DNA of 63,142 bases, the filler included. It is 7 parts of 7 records of this genome, joined end to end, with 100 filler letters (N's around TTAATTAATTAA, not from the genome) between each part and the next. Parts side by side here need not be neighbours in the genome. Positions count along the whole stretch, not along the records: positions 37,414 to 47,482 come from SRR2962707_3420; positions 47,583 to 55,621 come from SRR2962707_3421; 5 more parts are not named here. The stretch is one strand, 5' to 3'. Each line of letters opens with the position of its first letter. The stretch's first letter is position 1. The notes below the pieces were generated by a model. That model saw only the letters and a program-made list of their open reading frames with translations. It was not told where the DNA came from and ran no database searches. A program made the position numbers and the translations under genes. Positions 42,842 through 53,800 of this stretch are shown here, piece after piece.

Positions 42842-43987
42842 TTATCGAGAAACTGCGAGTTCTTCTTGGAAGATTTTCAGCATGTCATCGATGTTCGGAG
42901 CGACGTCGTGGAATTGGCTGTTTTCCCACGCTTCACCAGAGTAATCGATTTGCAATGCTGATTTTTGCTCTGGAGTGAAAATATCTTCTGCAGCTTTGGT
43001 TGGCACTAAGTTGCAAGTTGCATCAGTCCAAGCAAGTTCCACAGCGGTTTCTGGGGAAACCATATGCTTAACAAGCGCCTTCGCTTTTTCAGGGTTTTTA
43101 CTTCCTTTAAGAACGGCAGTTGCTTCCATCCAAATGATGCCTTGATTTAGGCCATCCTTCTTGTCTGGAACGATCGACATAATATGATCATTGCCTTCTT
43201 TGCGCAGAACAGATGTTGCATATGTACCACCGCCAACAAGACAGCGGAATGATCCGTCGAGCAGGCCTTTTTGCGCCACTGACAAATCGCCAATAACTGC
43301 ACGCGTATTTTTAAACAAAGCGCGCAAGACTTTGCGAATCTCATCCAGCTCATTTTGATCAAGCTCTTTATATGGATTGATGCCTGCATAGAGTGCCATA
43401 GGCATGATTGGCCAATCACCCCAATCCAAAACGCAGATTTTGTCTTTGTATGCAGGATCGAAACATGGCGCGTAGCTTCTCCAAGCTTCTAGCGTGTCGA
43501 ACTTCGTGTTCACAGTTGGTCCGACCCAGCCCCAACGTGTTGGAAGACCTGTGGCTTTGCCCTCATATTGAAGCGGTTTGAATGGCGCTTGAAACTGTGG
43601 GTAGAAGCTCGCATATTGCTCCGCAAATTCGGCATCATCAAGGTATTCACAAATGCCAGCCGGGCCCATACGGGCAATCCATGGGCTATCAGATGAAACC
43701 GCGTCAAAGTCGCGATATCCGCCAGTTGCGAGTTTCGCAAAACCTGAGGCGCTGTCTGTGATTAAATCGATGCGAAGCTTTGCATCATTTGCTTTTTCGA
43801 ACGAGTCTACGATCGATGTTTTGTCGTACCCTTCCCAACACATATAACGCATTTCGGTAGCGGCAAATGCATCTTTAGGGAACATTCCACTCGATGCACC
43901 AGCGATTGCTGCAGCTGCAGTGCCTGCGCCTTTCAAAAAGGTGCGGCGGCTTGTTTGTTTCGATAAGTAGTCCTGCTTAATAGTCAT
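42842..43987 (-). CDS. PotD/PotF-family substrate-binding protein with Tat signal
   Basis: SRRTFLKG twin-arginine leader, CWEGY, and P..WG. Confidence 0.85.
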   Translation of the reverse strand: MTIKQDYLSKQTSRRTFLKGAGTAAAAIAGASSGMFPKDAFAATEMRYMCWEGYDKTSIVDSFEKANDAKLRIDLITDSASGFAKLATGGYRDFDAVSSDSPWIARMGPAGICEYLDDAEFAEQYASFYPQFQAPFKPLQYEGKATGLPTRWGWVGPTVNTKFDTLEAWRSYAPCFDPAYKDKICVLDWGDWPIMPMALYAGINPYKELDQNELDEIRKVLRALFKNTRAVIGDLSVAQKGLLDGSFRCLVGGGTYATSVLRKEGNDHIMSIVPDKKDGLNQGIIWMEATAVLKGSKNPEKAKALVKHMVSPETAVELAWTDATCNLVPTKAAEDIFTPEQKSALQIDYSGEAWENSQFHDVAPNIDDMLKIFQEELAVSR

Positions 43988-44043
43988 TTTACTCTCCTCG
44001 GTTTCACACTAAATTCGCTGTGAATTGGCTTAGATTTGCCAAC

Positions 44044-45417
44044 TCAAACGATCTCCAAATACCGCTCGCGCTCCCAAGCACTGACAACTTTACGATAAGC
44101 GGCATCTTCCTGACGGCATGCATGGGTGAAGCTATCAACGAAGAAGTCTCCAAACATCTTACGCGCAGAACTGCTTTTGGATAAGCGGTCTGCAGCTGCA
44201 CTCAAGTCCGACGGGAAAATCTCTTCTGGCGAACCAGATTTCGCATAGCAGTCGCCATCATAACTCTCTGGTGGCTCTATGCGATTTTCAATGCCCCATA
44301 ATCCTGCTGCAATGCACATCGCAAGCGCGGAATGAGGGTTCGTATCTGCAGAAGGGACACGAAATTCAATGCGTGTCGCTTCAGGCGTATCGTTAATTAT
44401 GCGCACGGCAGCCGTTCTGTTCTGTATACCCCAAGAGGCATATGTTGGTGCCCATGCTCCTGGAACAAGGCGCTTATATGCATTGACTGTATGACTGCAC
44501 AGAGCCAGCCAATCAGGCATTTGAGTGACCAAGCCACCGATGAAATGTCTTGCTGTGTCGCTGAGGCCATCTGGTTTACTCTCATCGTAGAAAGCGGATA
44601 AACCGGTTTCCAAGCTACGCATGGAAATGTGCAAATGACCCGATTGCCCTGGCATGCCATTGTTGAGTTTGGACATAAACCCAGCCGTTATATTTTTTTC
44701 GGCGAAAAACGCTTTTGCAAAGTTCTTGAAAAGGGCGGCATCATCTGCGGCCTTGAGGCCTTCAGCATGCGACAGAGGCACTTCAAAAAAGCCGGGGCCT
44801 AATTCACTATGCAGGGCATCAAACTTAATGCCCATGGCAGAGTTAAGCTTTGTAAATTCGTCAAAGAGCGTTTGATATTGAACGGCGCTTTTAAGGGAGT
44901 ATGTTCTATTGCCCGGGGCGAGATGACTGAGATTTGTGAAGGCTTTCTCGCGCAAAGTCTCTGCTGTTTCGTCGAGCAACACAAACTCAAACTCAAATGC
45001 GGAGTGGACTGAAAACCCTGCTTGTTCAGCCTTTTTCAGTTGATCTTGAAGCTGATTTCGAGGTGTCAGATTGCCAAATGGCTTGCTGAAATCTGCAATG
45101 CATAAAGCTTCGTTGTTAGCAAATGGCCAAGCTCTTAAGCTCGCTCCATCCAATTGAGCTGGGAGGTCATTAAAATTGCCACCAGAATATGGTTGCTCTG
45201 CGATGTCCCATTTGTAAAGCACTTCGCAGAACGGGTATCCGTTAGCGTAGAGCTTCTTGGCTTTTGCGACATCAACGCGCTTATGACGAAATACGCCGTT
45301 TAGGTCGAAAACACCGATATGGACATAATTGGCATTTAGAGCATCAAGCTGTGTTAAAAAGTCTGCGGACGAAACACGATCTTCTGGAGAACTTTTAATG
45401 GTATCTGTTAGACTCAA
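44044..45417 (-). CDS. Glutamine synthetase-like gamma-glutamyl-amine ligase
   Basis: FEFEF, HSELGPGFFE, GQSGHLH, NAYKRLVPGAWAP, NRTAAVR and RIEFRVP. Start is uncertain (TTG at 45417 or 45456). Confidence 0.88.
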   Translation of the reverse strand: MSLTDTIKSSPEDRVSSADFLTQLDALNANYVHIGVFDLNGVFRHKRVDVAKAKKLYANGYPFCEVLYKWDIAEQPYSGGNFNDLPAQLDGASLRAWPFANNEALCIADFSKPFGNLTPRNQLQDQLKKAEQAGFSVHSAFEFEFVLLDETAETLREKAFTNLSHLAPGNRTYSLKSAVQYQTLFDEFTKLNSAMGIKFDALHSELGPGFFEVPLSHAEGLKAADDAALFKNFAKAFFAEKNITAGFMSKLNNGMPGQSGHLHISMRSLETGLSAFYDESKPDGLSDTARHFIGGLVTQMPDWLALCSHTVNAYKRLVPGAWAPTYASWGIQNRTAAVRIINDTPEATRIEFRVPSADTNPHSALAMCIAAGLWGIENRIEPPESYDGDCYAKSGSPEEIFPSDLSAAADRLSKSSSARKMFGDFFVDSFTHACRQEDAAYRKVVSAWERERYLEIV

Positions 45418-45536
45418 CGCCTTCTCAGCTCCTATAATGACTTTAAAGAAATTCAAGCTAGGAGTATATTAGGGGTAGTTCACAATGGCTCATATATACC
45501 CCAAGGTACATTGCTGAGGGTTTAGAAAGAGAACGA

Positions 45537-46361
45537 ATGGCGTTACCAACATCAACGATCAAGGCTTGGAACGATGGGATAGCTGAAGCGCTTGAGAACG
45601 TGGATTCAGTCAACTTCCCTGAAAAAATGGAACGTGCGCTTCGTACGATCCTTGATTTTGATATTTATATGATTTTTTCGTATTCGGAGTTTGATGGCGT
45701 TAGCTGCCTCCATCACAATATGAAGTCTAGCGATGCGGATATTATCGTTAATAACTATCTTGCTGGCCCCTATCTGTTAGACCCCTTTTATGCAGAGGTA
45801 ACCCGCGGTCGCAAAGAAGGTTTTTGCGCGCTAAAAAAGCTTGCTCCCGATCAGTTTTATCGAAGTGAGTATTTTCGCCATCATTACGCACTCACCGAAA
45901 TTGTCGACGAACTGGGGCTGTTTTTCCCGACATCTTCCTCGAGTACCGCTGTTTTAAGTGTGGCAAGGCAGAAGCATAAGCGACATTTTACTCAGATTGA
46001 GCAGCAGAATTTTTCTGCTACGGCACTCATTGTAAGATCACTTTGCAGCATGCATTGGGATGACAATTCATCCAACAAATCAAAAGCCCGAAGCGCTTCA
46101 AGTGGAACGCGCCTCGCAATTGAAACAGCTTTCGATAATTTTGGTCAGGACGTTCTTTCGTCCCGCGAGTCTGAGGTCGTGAGTTTGGTATTGAAAGGGC
46201 ACTCATCCGAGTCTATCGGACAGCAGTTGGACATCAGCGCCGGTACAGTAAAGAACCATCGTAAAAACGCTTATGAAAAATTGGGAATTTCTTCACAAGC
46301 GCAGCTTTTTTCCATTTTTCTGAATTCGTTGAAAAAGAACCTCTTGATTCGACAGTCGTGA
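45537..46361 (+). CDS. LuxR-family HTH regulator
   Basis: YLLDPFY sensor motif and C-terminal LSSRE..GHSS..IS.GTVKNHRKNAYEKLGISSQ. Divergent from the GS-like gene. Confidence 0.9.
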   Translation: MALPTSTIKAWNDGIAEALENVDSVNFPEKMERALRTILDFDIYMIFSYSEFDGVSCLHHNMKSSDADIIVNNYLAGPYLLDPFYAEVTRGRKEGFCALKKLAPDQFYRSEYFRHHYALTEIVDELGLFFPTSSSSTAVLSVARQKHKRHFTQIEQQNFSATALIVRSLCSMHWDDNSSNKSKARSASSGTRLAIETAFDNFGQDVLSSRESEVVSLVLKGHSSESIGQQLDISAGTVKNHRKNAYEKLGISSQAQLFSIFLNSLKKNLLIRQS

Positions 46362-46391
46362 GTGTCGAACCTAGTGGAGATTAACCCAGTC

Positions 46392-47171
46392 CTAATATAG
46401 GTCCGGCCGCCGCTCTTCTAAATAGGGGTTCTCTAAACGCGCGGTTTCTAGCATATTTTTGTCAAGCTCGACGATTAACAATGCCTCCTGTGATCCCGCG
46501 CGTGCCAGATCATCCCCGTCTGGCCCTGAAATTACAGAGCCACCATGATAAGCTGTATTGCGTTCTACCCCGCACAGATCTGCATATGCTATAAAGACGT
46601 GGTTCTCCTCCGCTCTCACGGGGACCATGCGGGTCGAAATCCGCCTCGCTTCTGCACCCTCAGGCAAAGCCGTTGGCACAACAACAAGCTCGGCACCTTG
46701 AATTGCCAAGCCACGAACCATCTCAGGGAATTCGACATCGAAGCAGATTAGCATTCCGACCTTAAATCCAGCGAAATCAAATATGGTGGGCAGTTGTTGG
46801 GCGCTGGTGAATATTGCTTTTTCTGCTTCTCCATAGAGGTGGCACTTACGATAGATGTGCGCTGTGCCATCGCTTCTCATAAAAACGGCACTGTTGAATA
46901 TATCTTCCCCGTCACGCTCTGGAAAACCCGCAACAATCGCTAGCCCTGTCGTCTTAGCAAGCGAAGATAAACGAGCAAGCATTGGACCATCGACCGCTTC
47001 GGCCAGCGCGTGAAAATCGGAGCCCAGTGCGTAGCCGGTTAGGCCAAGTTCAGGCGTCACTAAAAGTTCTGCACCAAGTGCGGACGCAGAATGAGCAGCT
47101 TTCTCTATTTTACTAAAATTACTTTCGATATCAGCTGGCGTGGGTGACATCTGTAACAGGGCAGTCTTCAT
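46392..47171 (-). CDS. Carbon-nitrogen hydrolase (nitrilase superfamily amidase)
   Basis: Catalytic triad PELGLTGY (E), YRKCHL (K) and ICFDVEFPE (C). Confidence 0.9.
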   Translation of the reverse strand: MKTALLQMSPTPADIESNFSKIEKAAHSASALGAELLVTPELGLTGYALGSDFHALAEAVDGPMLARLSSLAKTTGLAIVAGFPERDGEDIFNSAVFMRSDGTAHIYRKCHLYGEAEKAIFTSAQQLPTIFDFAGFKVGMLICFDVEFPEMVRGLAIQGAELVVVPTALPEGAEARRISTRMVPVRAEENHVFIAYADLCGVERNTAYHGGSVISGPDGDDLARAGSQEALLIVELDKNMLETARLENPYLEERRPDLY

Positions 47172-47265
47172 GGGAGATCCAAACGTGCTAGGTAGCCTTG
47201 GCTTGTGCTTAGGTTTGATGTATCAGTTTAGTGTGGGCATAAAATTCATGCTGAAAGGCCGCTAC

Positions 47266-47482
47266 TTAAAGATCTTTGACTAGATCTTCTATAGTTTTAT
47301 GGGTGGCAACGGAACTTCTCTCAATGAGTTCAGTTGGTACGAGAAGGTGTCGGGCTGTTGAGTTTAAACCATTTATTCTTTCAATCAATAATGTAGCGAC
47401 ACACTCACCCAGATGGTAGACTGGTTGCCGGATAACCGTAATTGCTGGCGTTGTAACTGAAGTCCAATCCGCATCATGAAAA
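47266..47482 (-). CDS. LacI-family regulator, C-terminal fragment (contig edge)
   Basis: Manual translation FHDADWTSVTTPAITVIRQPVYHLG...LIERING...PTELIERSSV. Not in the ORF track. Confidence 0.8.
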
Positions 47483-47582
47483 NNNNNNNNNNNNNNNNNN
47501 NNNNNNNNNNNNNNNNNNNNNNNNNNTTAATTAATTAANNNNNNNNNNNNNNNNNNNNNNNNNNNNNNNNNNNNNNNNNNNN
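47483..47582. other. Artificial contig spacer
   Basis: N44-TTAATTAATTAA-N44. Confidence 0.99.
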
Positions 47583-47839
47583 AAAAAAAAAAAAAAAAAA
47601 AAGCTTCTCTTTGGCCCCATGACGCCATAATTTCAACAACTCTTTCAACTACGCATTTTCATCGCTGTAAGCACTTGTATGTCGCTATTTTAAAGGTATT
47701 CACCTATTCTTGCCAGCGCATGGTGATTCGTTTTTGCCACGCAGCTGGCAGATGCAAAACTGGCTGGCCGGCTGGCTGGCTGGCAGGATGGTCGCCCAGG
47801 GCGGCGACACGCATTCGACCATTGCAGGAGGTTGAGTAA

Positions 47840-50800
47840 TTACAGGAGCTGCACAAGGACTGGAGCGATCGCTGCAAGGCGGCCGCATAGGTAGCCGCCG
47901 GAGCCGTGGGCCACTGCGCTTGCTTTGAGCGGTGCACCGTTCGAAGTGCGCAAAGCTTTCCTGTTGCGAGCTGCTGCCCACGCCTTTGTCGCGGCAGTCT
48001 CGAGTCGGAGCTGCCTGCAGCAGAAGAAGGAGATTTCACCACGTGTGAAGATTTCGTTTTCATTATTTATGGCGGAAATTATTCAACTCTCAAACTCTCT
48101 TGCTCTACCTCGGAATGGTGGACACAATGACAACGTCCCAGAATCAAACCAAAACATCAAAGAACGTTTGCGTTGCAGCGAAGATGTCATCATCGTCATC
48201 GTCATCACCGTGGCCGCCCATTCCACTATCGTTGTTCACACCGCGCACAGCTGCGCTGCCACTGTCGTCCATAAGAATTGAAGCACCGACGCCGCTGTCG
48301 TCGTCGCCATCATCGTCATCGACCAGCCTAAAGTTTGCAGCACAAGGCAGGTGTGAAGCAACATTCTTGCCATACGAACGAGCAGCGACGCCCGAAACGC
48401 GTTCAGCGAATATTGAGATAACGTACCCGGTGACAGTATCATCAAATCCAAACTCAGTGTGCGCGTCTTCGAACGAATCAAACATTGCCTACATAGCAAG
48501 CAAAACCAGCATTGTCATTCCGCTTGACCGTGACAAATGCAAGCTCGCGTGGTGCAAATCCGCAAACATTTTGGACACAATTGTGCATACCCAGGCTTCT
48601 GCCTCGTCACCGTCACTTTCACCTGGCGCATTCACACCCGAGCCATCCCCTCGTGACGCGGCCTTACGCCCAGAGCTGGTTCTTCGGCCATTTTTCGAAG
48701 ACTTGGCTTTGCCTCGGCGAGCATTTGAGTCACCCCCCTTCGAATCATCAATCTGCAATACCTGACCCAGCAGCAACCAACATCGTTGGAATATAGCAAC
48801 ACGGAAGCATGGAGACCCGATTTCAGATAACAGCGGGAAAGCAATTTCAGGCAGCCTCGAGTGTGTGTGCCACGGCCGGACCAGGTGTCTGACCGTGAAA
48901 CGCAAACGCACCCGAAGCTGTGGGGACTGGCGTTGATCTGGACTGTCGAGTCCAAGAAAAGCCGGAGCAGAGGTGTCAAGAGCGTGACCAATCCCCACTA
49001 ACGACGGCATACCACGCAAAATGTCTTCAAGATCGCTACTGTCATTGGGTGACGGCATTGCGATGCTGGCAAGGTGGCTCAGCAGACCACTATCATCGCC
49101 GGGCTGGCTGTCAATACCGTGCGTCAAAACGACAACGTATGCTGCCTTGTGGCCGACAAGGCCGCGCATGTCGATCTCTGCCATGAAGTCAGACACATGG
49201 CACAGAAGGGTTACCGCAAGCAAACGTCAATCAACAGACAAAAATTGAATCCAATTTCAGGGACCCCTACATACCCGAGTCCTCATCCCCAGAGCCGCCC
49301 AAATCACCTTTGATTTCAAGAGCCACTTCAAGCGAGGTTGCGCCCGCCCCACGATTCGAGGACGTTGATGCAGTACTGACGACACTATTGCTGCTTGATA
49401 ACGCACGCGATGACTCATGCCTACATAGCACATATGAAACCAAGCACAACGCACTTCAGTCCAAGCGCGACACTCGGCCAATGGGGACACTTGAACAATC
49501 GGCACAAAATCTCCTCTGCGACGCACTCATCTCGCATCGGCTTCATCAAATCCCCAATCTCCTGAGCCACTGCTGGTTGGTGACCGAGGGCTCGGCGCAG
49601 CTGCCCGAAGCGCGCCAACTACAAACGAACCACACTTAGCATGAACTGGCAAAAAAACACTCAAAAGGCAACTTCAGTGGCGTAATTGACGACACTTACC
49701 CACTGCCCAAGCAGCCTTTGATCTGCCGTGTTGCGATAAATAATGATGGAAGTGCGAACCCAATCACGTAACCAGCTTCTGTAGGTGTCGGTGAGGGCGG
49801 GAAGTGCACGAAACTTCGCCTCCACACGGTCCGTGATGACATCCAGCGCTACAGCGACAATCATGCCACAGCCTGGAGTCTTGGATACTGCCTGCCAAAG
49901 GGACAGCACTGAAGCGTGCCGCGGAGGAAATCCATGCGGGCAGCGGGCATCGGAGAGACAGTAGAGCCACAATTGGAGGCGATGCACAAAATCTTTGGCG
50001 TCATGTACCGACGAAGAATTGGCTGGGCGTCCTGCCTGGGACACATGCTCTTTCACTAATTCACCCTTCTGTTCCCGGAGCTTGGACTTGAGAATCTAAC
50101 CACGACAAAAAAAACACGGGAACAAAAAAGAATGTAACAGCGTGGAGTGCATGCACAAGATGTTGGGTCGCAACCGAGGGAGCACAAAAAGATCCGCACC
50201 TCCGTCACAAGCTCGACAACTTCATCCGAGAAGTACAATTTGTCCAGAATGCTGCGATGACCACTTAAAAACTCGGTTGCCGGGATTGATCCTGTGGTTG
50301 AAACTGCAGGGTCTGAGCTGTCCAGCCCACCTGCGGTGCTGCCGAGCGAAGAGCTGAAAGACAAAGAGCCCCGTTTGTTGGCTACACACAACGGCAACGA
50401 GAAATTCATTCCATGAAAATACCACCCGCCAAAACACACATAGCTCCATCAAGCAACAACGCCTCCATACGATCTTGTCACTGACCGTTGTGCAAGCGCA
50501 ACCGCACGTGCTCCTGCACCGCATTGCAAAAACGTCCGCGGTCCACTTGTGCCAATGCGTTCAGCAGATCGCAGAGCTGAGGCAATTTTAATGGCGGTGA
50601 CGAATGCGATAAGAATAGCTCATCCGCATGGGCAACATTGGCAGAGTCGCAGCTCGCGGCGTTTGAAGTTGCAGCTTCCTTCTTCACTTTTGCACTCGTG
50701 CCCGCCATTTTAGACACTCCGCCGTTCAGGGATGAAGCAGGAGGCGACGCAGGGTTGGTTGGCGCATTCGCAAATAGAACAGCACGATGATGAACTGCCT

Positions 50801-53800
50801 TCAAAAAGTTTGCCACGCGCGCCTCCAATTTGACCAAAGCCTGCGCTGGAAGTGCGCCCCCTGGTCCGTACCCGTTCACGACACGGTCAAACGAACGAAG
50901 TACCTAGCAATGCGGCAGGACGAAACAAAGATTGGCAAACGTCAATGGCGGGCCCACTTGTCCGTATGCTGCAGCCTGCTTGTTGCCACGCCATGCCTCT
51001 AAAACCACCACAAACCTGGTTGTACTCGTTGAACAGACCAACGCGCATGAAGAACTCAAGTTTTTCGCCAACCGACACGTTCCTACGCAGAACACGCTCA
51101 ACCACGAATTGCTTTGCATCTGCTGACCAGTAGTCGGCACGCTCGGCCTGGCGCCAGCATTCGAAATTTTCGAACGTGGGGTCAACAAGAAAAAGACCGC
51201 GACGAAGTTTACGAAGCGTGCTTAGCACTGATGCCCCAGCTTCTTTTCGAGCACTGGCAATGACTGCGTCTACTTTTGTTCGGTCCTGCTCTGCCAAAAC
51301 AGTCCCAGAGCTGGAGGCAGCTGTAACAGGGTTTTTACTCCCATTCCTGCTTGTGACAGGGGTGGACGCCGTGGTGGAGCTTGCGAGTTGCGATGCAGAA
51401 CTATTGACGCCTAGCGATGCAAAGGGCTTGTGATCCACGTCGAGGTTCGCGGCGTGCACCACGGTGAGCCGGGCTAGGTAGTCGATGAGTGGACAAAGAA
51501 CAGAAGAGAGGTCGCCCACACAGACTCTTGGCAGCTGTTCACATGCGTCGCAAGAAGCCAGTGCTAATCCCTCAGCCAAGACCATCATGCCACGCAGTGC
51601 TGCTGCCGCTCGTGCCAACGGTGAGCCAGGGTCCACTTCCAATCGGTCAGTGGTTCCGGATTCTTTGCCCACCGAAACACCAACTTTGGACCCTTTCTTT
51701 GTGCCAGGTGACGCCTCACGCTGCTGCTTCTGCTGCCGCCGGCGCTGTTCTGCTTGCATTTTATGCTGCTGGCGCGCAAGTGAGAGGGCCTTCATGTATG
51801 TGTCCTCCTTGCGTCGAAGACATTTGACGACCAGGACAAGAACTTGCTGCAGCTCATCCACAGCGAGAATTTCGTCGGCTCGTTTTTCCTCACTTTTCCC
51901 AAACTTACTGGCCTTCGCGTGGGAGGGTGTGTGAAAAGGAGGCGGAGATGTGCGACCCAGAGCGCTGCTGAGAAGCATCGGCGGAGACCGACTGCGGCCG
52001 CCTTTGCTGTCAGTACCTGTCCCTCCGCCAGTTGCCATCGAGTTCGCCCGCGAACGCACCAACGAAGGACTGCGAGATCTCCTGTGTCAGGTGGAAAACA
52101 GTGAGCAAGAGAATGCAAAAAGATGAAGCGCGTCAACACCAGCAAAGCCCAAGATGCTCACTGGCCACAGACAAATGTGCGACAATGAGAAAAAAGGCGC
52201 ACCCAGCTGTTCTCATTCGACGAGCGATATCTAGTACCTCACCAAACGCAGTAGAAACAGAGCCACTCTCGACAAGACACAAAAACCGCTTTGGCAGAGC
52301 CATCGCCTTCAACCGAGATTCAACCAAGTCTACCGAGAACAACCACATGTTGCCATGATAGTATCCGTGAATAATGCTTGGCACGAACATATGGATGCAT
52401 GCTTCAAAAACACAAACACGGCAGCCGCTCACAACGTACTTGCGGTCTGCTTGGCGCGCCATTCATCAGGGGTGCATGCACGTGCAAGCGCCGTAAAATT
52501 CGTGTAAGAGGGAACTGAAAAAAACATGAGACGACGAACGGACACGTCGAGCCGGTGCCGAGCTGCCCGGACCATTTTTTCAGTCTGCTCAAACGTGGAG
52601 GAGGCCGTTGATGAAAGAGTGGCTTTATTCGACCAAGGTGAACTTGGCTTTCGGGCCAACGGGTCACTAGCCTTTTCCTGTTGTCGCTGTTGCATCATTT
52701 TTTGCAGCTCGCGCCGAAAATGTTCCTGATCATCTTTTGGATCGATATCAAACAGCTGCCACAAAACCCTCACGCCCTCGGCGATATCGCGCCGATTGTC
52801 CAACCGAGTTCGTCGTCTCTTGGCAAGTTGCGCAGTAGACTCTTTTGCCAAGTTTCCTGACTCCGCCTCCTATGTGTTGACAGCCAGAACAATATACATG
52901 TAAGAACTCCAAGCACATTCCACAAAAACGACCCAACGACATGACGCCGAAAGGTGGCAAAGGGTCAACACAACTATCTTGTCAAGGCGTTTTCTCGAGC
53001 ACTCCAAAGCTTGTTCGTACCTGCGCGTGGGCGAGGAATCCGGTCACAACTTTCTCGGCAGCACCGCACGCAGCAATTCGCTGCAGCTCGGAGCCTCCGC
53101 GGTACAGGACACCATAAGCCATGAGCTGAAAAACTCGGTCCTGCAAAGGACGTAGCAGCGCTGCGTCACTGCCAAACGACTGCTTGCGACCGAGGCTTTT
53201 GAGCGCCTCACGCCATTGACCTGGGCCAGCCGGGCCACGCCGCAGTCGAGCAGCTTTCAATGCCTTGGCCATGATCTTGCGCACATGGCCCACCTGCTCA
53301 CAGGATTCTATCGAGCGCTCCAACTTTGTTTGGAGAGCATCTAGGACATATGTCGGCAGCCGTGCGCTAAATTGTCGATGCAATTCTTGCAGTTGCCACG
53401 GCAGTCGTGGCGCACCATTCTGTGGGCCTCGTGGGAATGGACGGGGTGGTTGTGCAGTGAAGGCAACCATCCAAAGGTATGACAGCTCTGCCACGAGAGC
53501 GAGGAAGGCTTCGCGGTCCCTGGCGACATCGGCGCCAACCACGGAGACCCACTGCAGTCGAAGGGCCACCGCTGTCACATATTCTAAAATCAGCACGCCA
53601 TCCAGCATGCTCGAGGCCAACATTACCATGTCCGAGGGTTGCAGTGGTGGGGGTGCCTTTTTCTTGGCCGCCGCAGCAGCTTTTTTAGCGGCCGCAATTT
53701 CTTCTGCAGAACCAGATCGCATGGCACTTGCTGCTGCCGCTGCAGCTGCCGCTGCTGCCGTTGCAGCCGCAACGTGGCTTGGCGCCGGAACATGCTTCGG

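Noticed and set aside
44044..45417. Housekeeping glnA
   Set aside because: The divergent N-terminus and the amine-transport context fit a gamma-glutamyl ligase.
45462..45512. GGGGTA...TACCCC dyad as a LuxR operator
   Set aside because: The arms are only 6 bp with a long spacer. This is plausible but too weak to call without homolog comparison.
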